This document shows positions 12,367 through 25,300 of a DNA stretch of 64,000 nucleotides, piece after piece. Made by a program: the position numbers and the translations under genes. Positions within the stretch are counted from its first letter, which is position 1; each line of letters opens with the position of its first letter. The stretch comes from Callorhinchus milii (lineage: Eukaryota). The notes beneath the pieces are model-generated. The model ran no database searches, had not been told where the DNA came from, and saw only the letters and a program-made list of their open reading frames with translations. The DNA is taken from positions 38,318,001 to 38,382,000 of the forward strand of contig NW_024704743.1 in the NCBI RefSeq assembly GCF_018977255.1. Reading direction: 5' to 3'.

Positions 12367-15349
12367 TCGTTCTAAATTAAGATATACTTAACCACAGAAT
12401 ATTTTTTATGGCAGTATAATTTGAAATAAACAAAATGTAATGTAAATTATTGGGTTTAAAACCCCATCTCATTCGTTTTACCTCACTTCACTAGCCTTGG
12501 TATTCAAGTTTGCCTGCTGCCTTTGGAATAATAAGGTGTTGTACAGTAACTCGAATATGACCAATGGTTTCAAATGCTCTATCTCACTTTATCCGTCACC
12601 CGTTTCTTAGGATCAAAAAATATTTATTGCTTCTGCAGCCAGATTTCTCTTTTTTTTGTGATAAGCAGTTTATTTAAGCTGCACCACTGTTAAATGCTCC
12701 AAACTGCTACCCTACATGAAGGATGCTATATCATTGCGAGTTGTTGTTAGAAAGGTTGAAAGCTTGCCCACTTAGGATTACCCTCCCCACTAGGGCTTTT
12801 GCTCACAGGGTTGAGGACATTTCAATCTCATTAATGACCCAGTTAGGCTGGTCAGCTGTCAATTATGCCTTGGATTACTAGACTCCCTGAGCCAGTTCAG
12901 CCCTAGAGAACGTGAATGTATGTTTCCACCCCACGACTCTCCCAATTCTGAAATGGGTTCAGTAATTATGTAGGATCTAAACTTGTCTAATGTTGAAGCT
13001 CATAGAACTGCTTCTGACAGCTGTGGAAACTCCAATGCCATCAGGCTAGTCTTTTCCCACATCTATTCCCTGTGCTTTACCAATCCTCAGCTCCTTGCAT
13101 CAACTTTCACTCTCCCGAGCCTTGGAAAGTACTGGCTTAAAGTGTAACAGCTCACAAATTTCACAAGTTAAGATACATTACCATCAATGTAATTGGCTGG
13201 AAACATTTTGGGAACCATTTTTTCTTCTCAACCGTTAGAAGAAAAGTTGTTCAGTAATATAAACATCCTTTTTAATAACTCACTGTACATAGGTTGAGTC
13301 TCTTTTTGCAGTCTGAGATTCTTATCAAACTATAATAATAATAATCCTTCCATTTGATATAGTGCCTTATCACGTCTTCTTGACGTCTCAAACGCTTCAC
13401 AGAATCTACGGAAAGTGAATTAACTGTATTTTGCTGGCGAAACGCGGTAGCAAATTGTGCACAGCAGTGTCCCACAAACAGTCGTGGATTGAGTGACCAA
13501 TTTTTTTTATTATTATTAGCGTAGAGTCTACACTGCATTGCTACAGCCTTCTGTTACAGCTTTTCAAGGAACCAAATTAGAACCTTCAAATAAATATGCA
13601 GTGTTGACCGTAATGCAATTTTGCATTCATTTTCTATAATAATATTATTAACCTGGATTGAATTTCAGATTTCCTTTTAATTGATGATTTTACCTGCCCT
13701 CCTCAACTTTGTTTAAACTTTCAATAAATCATGCTGTTCTCAGAAGAAGGATCCATCCAGCATTCTCAAAGTAGCAGATTGCTGATTCGGCTTCTCAATG
13801 TGGCGCTAATGCATGTTGTTTGGCTGAATATGGATGGGGTTAAGCTACAAAAGATAAATAATTACAGGTTATCCTCGGTCACTTGGAATGAAACCATTTT
13901 GTAAAAAAAAAAGAAAGTAGCATTGATAAAGTAAAATTGCTTCTCAGTAATTGGAGCTCTTTTTGTGTGCTTGAATTGTTCGTTAATTTAAGTCATGAAC
14001 TGGCAGGGGCAGATGATATTAAATTCTGGCACATGTACTGTTGGACTCCAACCATGAAATCACTTATTTTTCCCATGCCTCTCAGTTTTCAAATCTCACT
14101 ATGTTATTATAACAGCAGTATGTTGTTAGGAGGTATGTTGAATTGATGACTGATAAGGAATGTTATTGGTATACATTTGACTACATTTAACTTTCTGTGC
14201 TTGCCTCAATATGCCTTTTGAGTTTGTGTGAGGCAGTTGAAATTTCACTAAATTTTGCCACAGAAAGACAGATTCTTCCTGCCTTCAAAAAATTACTTCA
14301 ACTGAACAACTCAGAATACATTTTAATGTTGTGTTAATCAAAGGATGTAGAAAATAATCCATTACAATTGAATGTATGTTTAGGTAAAACTAATCACTGT
14401 AGTATTCTTCTACTATTGCACTCTTCACAGATTGTTAGACTTTTTTGAGTTACACGTTTGGAAATCCACAATGTTTAAACATTGCAAGAATATTACAGTA
14501 CTTATTTGGGCGACTGGAAGCAGTAACAAAAAAGGGTACTTAAAGGTACAAAACCTCACAGAAGCAGTTCTTTGAGAGTGCCTCCAGAATTCTTCTGTAC
14601 TTAAAAGGGATAATTAACATAAGAAAAAAAGATTAACTCACACGTAAGTAGTGTATCTTCACCTGAGAGTTACCCACAACATTCATTTAAAGGACAGGCA
14701 ACTCAGCTAAGCAATGGCGGTGAATTCCAGTCGTTCTTTCACTGCTGAAGCATAACTCTGTCCATTTCCTTGTGCTTGTGAGTTATGAGCCCTTTCTGTT
14801 CGCTGTCACCAGTGAGAGATCTCCTATTGCATGGTTGTGAGATGATGATTTTGCTCTTCTGGATCATAGTGTATTTACTGCAGTGAAATTAAAGACAACA
14901 GTCACTGCTTTGACTTATCATTTCCCTTTTCATTTCTGAAGTGTATTCAAAATGTCAAACAAAAACACAAAACAAATCAAATACTGAAACACTGACATTA
15001 CATGATCGTCTCGCTTATTTCTGTGAGAACTATCTTAAATCACTTATCCTGCAGCACTTGTGAGGTAAGACTTTTTTTTATTGAGCTGCCAACAATACAA
15101 CATACTAGAGGTGACTGCATGTCCTGCTCAAGAGCTCTTGATTGCACTCAGCTTTCCTTCGGTCTGGATGCTGATCCTGAATCAGTGTTATAGAAATAGC
15201 TCATCTACACGTTACCTTGGGGAGTGCTGTGTATCAGTTTATACCAATATTATCAATGAAATACAGTCCAATGCTAATAATGGCAGTATGATAAAATAGT
15301 GTGGATCTAAATGATTGTGTTCAAGTGGAAATACTTGAACTGAGCACCA

Positions 15350-15880
15350 TTACATTTAGGACCGTAGGATTCTTCTGAACCCTCAGCTGTGCTTGTCCAT
15401 CAGAAACATTGTCAGTTTATGCCCCTACCTCATCCCATGTGCTGTTGAAATCTTTATTCTATGCTTTCATCAGCTCAAGGATTGTCTTTTGCAATGCTTT
15501 CCTTGCCAGCCTCCCTAGCTGCAACTCATCCCCCAAAAACCCGCAAGCCTTATTCTCTGCCACATCAGGCTCTGCATATTTCCTAAGGTCCACTGGCTTC
15601 CATTGGATTAACCTTAACATCATTCACATGTCCTTCAAATCCCTTCACGTTCTTGTCCCTTTTCTATAATTGTATTCTTCTGTCCATACCCTCTGCTCCC
15701 CCAATTCTGGTTTGTTGCTCATTCCCACATTGGTGGTACAATACTCCTGCTCCACAACTCTCCCAAAGCTTCTTCATCTGCCACTTCTCTCTGTGTCTTC
15801 AAAACACACCTAAAAACATCTTTTCGATCACGTTTTTTCTTCAACATTTAATTATCGCTCCCTTTTCCCTATCTGGCGAT
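15350..15880 (+). mobile_element. Old L2 fragment
   Basis: AFISSRI.FCNAFLASLP remnant; ttcaaatcccttcac. Confidence 0.7.
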
Positions 15881-18149
15881 CCCTCTCTTACACTCATGTG
15901 GCAGATTTCACATAGAATGAACAACTCTAAACAAATAAAGTGTTTTTTTTGCTTGTGTACACTTTGGAAAACATGACATGTTTGAGTGGCTGAATTTTGT
16001 CTGTTTTTCTTGGCAACTATCTTCTATGAGGCTTAAACCATTTCCATTAATAACTTGGGTTGATATGCTTGTCTGTGAGCCAGACACTGAATAGGCTGAG
16101 AGTGTGGAAGTTCTTACCAATGTGATTCAATTTCTGCTGAATCGTGAAGTTGGGGTATTGTGGAGAGTCACTCAAGGGACTTGTGGCTGCAGCCTCAGGC
16201 ATGTTCTGTGTACAGATGATTGGAGCAGCCTGCAGGAAGTTGCTCATTATTAGAATATTTAAACGCTTAAAAAAGAAAACTTTTTTTTGCAAATAACATG
16301 TAAAAACCAAGTGACTATCAGATGGTTCTGTTTTGTGCATTCCCTTTGTGCTTGCAGTCTATGTAGTGTCTTACTCAGCATGCAACAAGCTCAGACATTG
16401 TGGGAATGAAAATTAAAATTTGCTGGTGTATGGTCTGCCACGACCTGAGCATGTGGCACACAGTTCTTTAGAATACTGCACTGTGTTTTTTCAGTGAAAA
16501 TCCTCAAACACAGTTGCTTTTAATTCGAGGGAGACTCTCCTTTCGATTCTGATTTGTTAATAGTGTTCCTTTTAACAATATTCACAATCCTCTCATTGAA
16601 TCCTGGATAAAAAAAGTTTTTTTATACCATTTAAATTATTTAAAATACCATGAGTTGGATGAAGAAAGCAGAGCTCTATCCAGATAGGTGAATAGAACTG
16701 CTGTTCATTCAGGTTATTTTGGAAATGCTTTCGTCTTTTTAAATGTTTGCTATCAGATCTATCAATCCGGTTAGGAAATAATATCTCACGATACAATATA
16801 TAGTTTGGTACACGATGTGTCAGGCGACTGCCAGGAAGGTGGAAGGTGAAATGGATGGACCTTGGTCTTCTTTCACCTCGCAAATTCATATGTTCTTATA
16901 CAAGTAAATAATGCAGCTTTCCTTTGTTTTAACAAAAAAAGAATGTTGTTCCCTTTGAGTTGTTCTGGGGGTGATGTTGTTTGAGTTGGGGACTGCAGCT
17001 CATTCTTCTCAAATCACTGAGGTATTTGGATAGCTTGGGCCAAGAAGGCCAGATTTAAGTCAGGCTGGATAATGCCATTGTGAATGACTATTGAAATAAA
17101 TGGGTCATTAATGAGGAAGAAGGCAGGATACCACACCCTGCATGAAGAAACGGCCAAATCACAATTCAACTGACTGCATTCAGCCAAGCAGTACACTGAG
17201 ATTTGATTTGAAACCCTAGAAACTTGTGATTTGCTTTTGTCTTTTATCAGACTCTCTCCCCTCCTTATCCCCATGCACTAGATTTGTATTAATTGACTGT
17301 GTTCCAGTGCTGTGGAAGTTTTGGGTTAAGTTCAGGCTTACTCATGTGCTTCAGACTGTAATCCACTTCTCTGTTTTCTGTCTTTGGCAGAGTCCTTAGG
17401 GTAATCAGAGTTAATAACACTAAACTCACTGACCAAAGTGGACTCTGCATGAACTATGAGTTCATCAAATTGAGGGTTGGGGACCGTCTAGCCAGATGTG
17501 AAAGGAAGGGGTGAGAGGGCAGCATACATGGCTTTGAAACATCTCACTCCCACCTTCACCCCTCCTTTCACTTAAACAAAACCAGATGCGTGTTGTCATT
17601 GAATCCTCTGTGACCTTTCACTATGGCCACAGCTGGGAGTCAGGGATGCTAATAAAAAAGGGGGCAGCTCTGATGTTGTTTTCCTATATCGGTTACAAGA
17701 ACAGACACTAAATTACATAAAATGAAAAGTGCCTTAACCCTTATGGAAGGGGATCAATAGCTTAGAGGGGGATGTTATATTAGTGCTTGTGTTCCTGACT
17801 TGATTTATTGCCTGACAGTGAGAGACCATATCGAAAAAAGCCTGAGAAAGAGACCAGTGGATTAAATAAAATGAAATGCTAGCTTTATGTGTTTCTGTTT
17901 CACAACAGGGGAGGAATGTGTGCATGGACATTGTCCTCAGTAATCGTAAACCTTACAAAAACTATCAATGTCTTTGCTTTTAAATTCTTTGTGAATTCTT
18001 GATTGGAGCCTGCTCTTTCTGTGGTAGAAATGTTCTGGGGATCAAATGTAGCTCTTATGTGGCTGTAGAACCGTGGGGTGGCTGTTCCTATGTTTTTGTT
18101 GGTGAAAGTGACAGCTAATTTGTGCAGAGTAATGCCCCACAAACAGCCA

Positions 18150-18780
18150 GAGAGGCAGAGGGAGGATGCAAGGTGGTGAGATTTATAATAGAGAATTTCG
18201 GAGAGTTGGGGCTTAGTGGTCGAAAGCTCAGCCAGAGACAATAAGGGACGTGCTGCAGCCTAAAGTTAATGGAGCCAAGGGATTGGATTGTAAAACTGGA
18301 GCTGATCACAGCGTTCGTCTGAGACAAAGGTGTCCAAGCATTTGAACGTCAGAGTGAGGATCCTGAAATCTGCTGGGGAATAGGGAGATGGTGGAGGCTG
18401 GCAAGGATGGGGTGACATAGTGTGGGAGAAGATACAGGTTACAGATCTCTGATTCATCTGGAGTTTATGATTGATTAGGTTAGGAAAGCTAGTAAGGAGA
18501 ACATTAAGAGCAATCAAGTCTAAGTTGATCAAGGTTTGACTGAGTTGGGATGAAGTGGAGGTAATGTTTTGGAAGTGGAGAAAGCGGATTTGATCAAGCA
18601 TTGGCTGAAAGGCTTAAAGAAGAGCTGAGGGTTGAACAAAATGGCAGTATTACTCACTGCTTCCCTGAGTTAGGTTCTGGTTCTTTTCTCCCCCGCTTGC
18701 CCACACTCTCTCTGGAAAGTGCTCCAAGGTGTTACTCAACATGAAGGGTGCTATATAAATACAAGTTGTTGTTGATATCT
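18150..18780 (-). mobile_element. Old L2 fragment(s)
   Basis: Minus-strand FRILTLTFKCL remnant; purine-rich L2 antisense texture. Confidence 0.6.
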
Positions 18781-19080
18781 GGCAGATACCTGTCAGGACA
18801 ATGTTACTAAAGGATGTGAATGGGCTGCTGCCAGTTCCTCCGAAACAAAATGTGGTCAGTTTGCTGACAACCCAAAGTGGATTGTTTGGAATCCGCTTGT
18901 TCATTTGCAGATTCTATGCACTTCTTTGTTTTTCACAATTATCCTAACCTACAAATTGAGATGAATACATAGTGTGTTGCCAATCTATCCTCTTAGAAAC
19001 AGAGTGCTCCACTGAATGTAAGATTTTGTCACAATTCAGTCCATGGTTACTTTAATGTTGTGTACGCTTTCCTTTAACAG

Positions 19081-19376
19081 ATTCCCTCTCAGTGTCCAGC
19101 AATGATGCAAGCCCTCCTGCTTCAGTGACCTCTCTCCAACCCCACGCTGTGAGCACCACCCAAAGCTCACCAGGCCCAAAGCGTCCCGGCAACACTCTGC
19201 GGAAATGGCTCACCAGCCCAGTGAGACGTCTCAGCAGTGGCAAGGCCGACGGCCATGTGAAGAAACTAGCCCACAAACACAAAAAGAGCAGGGACGTCCG
19301 GAAGAGTGCTGACGTGGGAGCTCAAAAAGACTCGGATGAGAGCGCAGCGACTCCCCAGGAAGAAACCGTGGATGAG
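19081..19376 (+). CDS. TRIO: TRIO exon (post-SH3-1 linker, DSLSVSSND...TVDE)
   Basis: tttaacag|AT TCC...GAT GAG|gtgagc; phase 1 to 0. Confidence 0.95.
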
Positions 19377-22300
19377 GTGAGCAGCGGTCGGGTGGTCAAA
19401 GTGTGCAAACTAGTAAAGAATTACATTTTTTTAAATACAAATTGGACACATGATCTGTGCAAACAACAAACAGGATAGGACAGAAAGTTAAAAATGATTC
19501 AATCAAGCAATGATTCCGATGTCACATCATCTGGATTTCTGAAACCCGAATTCCCTCATGATCTTTGCATTAAAACCTAAAATTGAAAATTTTTAAATTC
19601 CACCTTAGATTTGAAAGGCATTTTTTCCATGATTGGTAAAAAGAAACAGCTTCCAATTCAAACTAATTGCTGAATTTTCCTCAATTTTAAAGATTTAAAA
19701 TTTTTTAAAGTCTGAAGGCAAAGGCCGTGCAGGGCTGGAATATCATCTGCTGGAATATAAGGTCTGTGCAAAAGAGTGCAGTGTGTGAGAAAGTGTGGTT
19801 TAATTTTGCTGCTCATCTGCAGTGTTCTGTAACTACGCTTTCAATGTTGTTCGTGCTGATGAGGGCAGTTGTTCACCTGGAACTTTTGATTTCTATAATA
19901 ATAATAATTCTTGCAATTCATATAAGCGACCTATCACGTCGTCGAGACGTCTCAAAGTGTTTTCACAGAATACACAGTAAAGTGAATTGACTGTATATTT
20001 TGTGGGCAAAACGTGGCAGACAATTGCAGTGTCCCATAAATATTATTATTATTTTTTTGAAGGGATTATTACCCCCGGAAAAGCAATCCGCCAATCGACT
20101 AACCGGGTTCCAACTTACTGCTAGGTAAACAGAGGCTTGTGGTTTCGCCCTGCCCGGAAATCAAACCCGGGTCCTCTCGCTTGTGAGGCGAGTGCTCTAA
20201 CCAATGCGCTACAGAACTCCACAATTTGATTTCTGTTCACAGAGGGGACGGAATGAAGGGCTCAGCAGTGGCACACTGTCCAAATCCTCGTCCTCTGGCA
20301 TGCAGAGCTGTGGAGAGGAAGAAGGTGAAGAAGGAGCAGATGCAGTTCCTCTTCCTCCTCCGATGGCCATTCAGCAACACAGTCTCCTCCAGCCTGACTC
20401 TCAGGATGATAAGGTAAGTTATCAGCCTCCTCTCTAGTAAAAAAGGCCAATTATAACATTTCTGAGGTAGACAGCTTGCTATTTTTTTTCATGAAAACAA
20501 ACCTCAAGGAGTGTTTCCAGTTAATATGTCAGCTATTTTTAACTCCTCATAAAATTATAAAGTGCAGAAAATCCCTGCCATGACCCTAATAGAAGTAAAG
20601 GAAGTAGAAAAATTAGCATTGACTTGGTACAATTTTAAGTGCAGAAAAGTAATATATTATAGGCCAAATATCTGAATGAATGTGCTCCAGTAATTTAATT
20701 GTCCCATTTTGGGCAATCCATGCAAAGAAATTCGGAAAATTAGGTGTTAATGTAATATTTGTGTTCTACAGAAAATGCACAAGTACTTTGAATATATTGA
20801 GAAGTCAAGTTTTACAGTGGGTGTTTTTAACTCGTGACACTAGAAATTTCCTAAGAATAAAAGGATTGCTAGATCTCCTGCAGTAGTGTTGTTGTTTAAT
20901 ATGCATTGGTGATCCACATGGAGCAGACTGTTCATTATGTGAATAATAACTTGTGTATGCTGTAACTAATTGCTTTGTTTTCTCTCTTTTAAATGTATCA
21001 CAGCATTATGTTGATTTATGTTCTGTCTCTGTATTTTCTCAGTTCCCTTATCTCTCTATTTAAATCATTATGCTTCCCCAGTCTTAGTCCTGCTGTTCTT
21101 AAACTGCTTCTGTCTCAAAACCATTTTTGTTGAAAATGTGTTTGAAACTTGCGGTATTGCAAGGTTCAACTTAACCATATACTATTCTTTTTTAAAAAAA
21201 GCAAAAGCCCCTCTTGTTGAAATTGTTTGCTGTGGTTAATGAGCCTTCTGTGTCACGTATGCACATGTTTTTTTTTCTTTTTAATATTAAAAGTCATGAT
21301 GTGGAAATCCAGTCTGTTGTGCACTTGATGGTACATGAAGCACATAAAAGCCATGTACTTCTATTTTAGTCTGATTGGCTGAGTGTCCCTTCCCAGAACT
21401 CCCTTACTGTTGGTTCCCCCAATATTCTACCAGCTACATACAATTCCGTACAACTAGACATAAGTTGACGTCAGATTGCTTTTGAGGCCAGAGATCTCCT
21501 AAATTCCTGCAGTCCTGGTCTGGAAACAAATCCAAACATCCGAATATACTTTGAGGATACCTCAGAAATGGTGAGCCTTGTCTCCTGTGCATAGTTTTCC
21601 CCCCCAACTGCATATACTTTTAATACTTTTATTTAAAAATAAATAAAACTCAAGTTACTTAATGGAAATGCCTGGAGACCCCTTCATAAGATATGTAATG
21701 CACTACCTTTGTAATTGTTTTGCTTCATTCGGTTTGTCTCTAGTTTCTATCCATGCAGTGATCAATGTTCCTGAAAGGGACACAGATCATTGTGCTGGCC
21801 TGGATCCTTTGTCATTGAGTTTCTTTCTATATGTTATTCTTCAGACATCCTCTCGTCTATCGGTGCGCCCCACAAGCTCAGAGACTCCCAGTGCGGCAGA
21901 GCTTGTCAGTGCCATTGAAGAGCTTGTGAAGAGTAAAATGGTAGGAGAAAGTACTGCCCATTTACTATCATAGAGCTAGGTCAAAATGGGTGAGGGGGAA
22001 GGTGCCCCAGAGATCTGTATTGGGACTCCTCCTATTTCTTCTATACCTTAGTGACAGGGATTCAACACCAAGTTGAAGGGAAACTGTGAAATCAAAAGAG
22101 ACAGCAAAAGTCATATAAAGAGAGCTTAATAATGTGTGCACATCAGCTGGTGACTCAGATGAATGCAAGGTACTACACAAGGTGCTCTTCAAGTCTATCA
22201 GCTCCATTTTCACCCAGCTCCACTGGCTCCCCAAGTCTGAGAGGACTGAGCTCAAGATCCTCGTCCTCACTTTTAAATCCCTCCACAGTCTTGCCCCACC

Positions 22301-25300
22301 CTACCTCTGTGACCTTCTCAAACTACGCCAATCTGATCATTTTCTTCTCTCAGCGGGCACTGCCCTCCTTCGTGTCCCCTGCCCCACCATCGGCAGTCGG
22401 GCTTTCAGTCTATCTATCTTTCAGCCCTGCTCTGGAACTCCATCCCGGAGTCACTCCGACTCGCACTCACCCTCACCTCTTTCAAGGTCTGCCTCAAGAC
22501 CTTCCTCTTTGACCATGCCTTTGGTCATCTTTCCTCTCCCTAACCTCCTCAGCTCAGGTACCAAGCCAGGACTGTCAAGTGCCTTGGGAAGTGCTCCCGA
22601 TGTGAAAGGCGCTATATAAATGTAAATTTGTATTGTTTTGTACAATTGGAGGTAAAATGCGAGACACAAGTATTCCATAGATGGGATAGATCTTGCCAAA
22701 GGGGACGCTGAAAGAGACCTAGGAATGTTAGTTAACTTATTGCTCCTCAAGTCCAAACTGTGTGAGGCATCAATCAATGAGAAAACAATATGCTGGCTAT
22801 ATTGCCAAATCAATTACGTTCAGATCCCCAGAAGTCATACAAAAGCTGTATAATGCTCAGGTCAGAGCACAGCTAAACTACTGCGTAAAGTTCTGGTTGT
22901 TGAGGCGTAAGGGGCTGCTCCGGCCCGAGAGGCAGTGTAAAGGAAAACAAAGAGAATGATAAAAATAATCCTTGCATCTGATATAGCACCTTATCACATC
23001 GTAGGAACGTCTCAGAGCGCTTCACAGTATATACTGTAAAGTGGATTGAATGTATTTTGTGGGCGAACCTTTTTAGATATCCCATTGTTAGAGGTATAAG
23101 CTAATAGTAACACTTAGTCAAATTAGGGTTTTTCAGTTTTGAAAGGAATCATCTCAGAGGAGATCTTTGGAGGTATTCAAGATTTTAAATGGAATTGAAA
23201 AAGTGAAGCCAAAACATTGCCCTAATAGTCTCACAAAACAGGATTGGGTGGCTGAATAGCCAGCGACCTAATAACCCTTGTAATTGACAAAAATAGGAGA
23301 CTCAGTTTAATTTAATACAAACGGGGCTAGGAGGTGAAAAAGCATTCTGTCAACCCCTGAAGCACTCACTGCCCAAAAGATCAGTTTTCTATACCATGGT
23401 GCATGTGGTGTCAACAATCCATGGAGCTCTCAGAATCAAGCTATTGTATAATATTTTCTCCTTACGTTGGAGCAGTTTACAATTCTCTTTTCTTTCCTTC
23501 AAACACGTATACAGGCACTGGAGGATCGGCCCACCTCTCTGTCTGTTGATCAGGCAGACAGTAGCAGTCCATCCTTCAACCCATCTGATAACTCTCTGCT
23601 GTGTACTTCCTCCTCCTCGCCCATCGACGAAATGGAAGAAAGGAAATCTAGTTCCTTAAAGAGGCGACAGTAAGTCTCTGTGGATGAACCACTAAGCATC
23701 TGATCTATTTCTCTAAACATGGAAATGAATTCTAGATTATAATGATTTATTTAATTGAAGATTAAGCACATGTTATTGTTGCAAACAATGCCATTGTCTT
23801 CCATGTGAATTATTATAATGAGCATGTTCAGTTCAGCATTCACCCTCTATTTTGTTACATTTGGTTTGATTTAGCAATTATCACTGTTGGGGTCACCTTA
23901 CAGAAATAATTGAGCAATATTGTACTTGCAGTCTATCTATTGCATCTCTTCAAAAAGTAATTGCTTCCTTTAAACTAACTTTTTATGTTATAAGTTAAAC
24001 AGGATACATACATGTCTTTAAGAAGAATGTGAAGCACATATCTCACAACTGTAATTTGAGGTTAGAAATGTTTTTATACAAAGCCTCTGGATAAGTCTGT
24101 GGCATGTTTTTCCACAAGTGCCATCAACACCAAGTCAATTGCTTAAATTAGAAGGAAGTTGGAGGAACACTAATAGAAAAAAAAAGAGTAAAGTAATACA
24201 GGAAAAGGGAATTGGATTAGCTCATTCTAGTGGGGAGCTAATATGGCACAGGCACGGTGCGCCAGTTGGCAACATGCTTTGCTGAAATTTCTCACAATCA
24301 AATTATCTGCATGTGTTTTGTTCTAGCTATGTCTTACAGGAGCTGGTAGAGACTGAGCGTGATTACGTGCGAGATCTGGGCTGTGTGGTGGAAGTGAGTT
24401 TTGACATGCTTTCCAATAAGTGACTTGCTTTAATTGCACGTATTTGATGCTTTATATCTTGAAAGTCACTCTGTTGTCCTTATCGTGAAAGTGATGGATA
24501 TCGTCAATATGGTGCTCAGATCATTGTTGTGCAGGTGAATGAAAGGTAGCACAGATTGGGAATGCCAGCCTGATCCTCAGCATATCAACTTACTACAATA
24601 ACAAGATTGCATTTATAGAGTGCCTTTCACGTCGGGAGGACGTCCCAAGGTGCTGGACAGTTGGGTCAGGACCCGAGCAGGGGGGAAATGGTCAGGGTGA
24701 GGGGAGGGAGGGAGCGAGGAGGGGGTAGAGAGTTGAGAGGGGAGCTGAAAGCACGGTTGAAGAGAAAAAGTAAGACAACTTCACAAAGCTTCTGTCATAT
24801 CAGTTTTGCTTCACACCACATAAGTGCAATTGAGGCAAAATTCACCTTATGTTTCCTCTCTTTTTGTACTACTGAAAATGTAATGGAAGAAGACCTTTTG
24901 GCCCATCATGTCTGTGCTCTTTTAACAGCAATCCTTTCAGTCCCATTTACTTGTTCTTTCCCATACCACCCCTGTACTAAATAAAAAATTACATTTGTAT
25001 AGCGCCTTCCACGTCGGGAGGACGTCCCAAGGCGCTGGTCAGTCAGGGATTTGGACTCGAGCAGGTGGGGTTGGGATTAGCGTGGTTGGACGGCAGGGAG
25101 GGGTAGGAGGGTGGCTGAAGGCACGGTCGAAGAGGAGTGGTCTTGAGACGTGACTTGAAGGAAGCAAGAGAAGAAGCGAGGCAAAGGAATATGGGATGGA
25201 GTTCCAAAGGGAGGGGACAGAGAGGCTGAAGGCCCAACTGCCAATGGTGGCGCGGGCCGAGCAACGGACATGGGGCAGGCCAGAGCCTGCTGAGCAGGGG

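Noticed and set aside
16810..16910. Short ATG frames ending at possible phase-1 donors (GAAG|GTGAAA, ACAA|GTAAAT)
   Set aside because: Weak donors and no resemblance to a known Duet-type N-terminus
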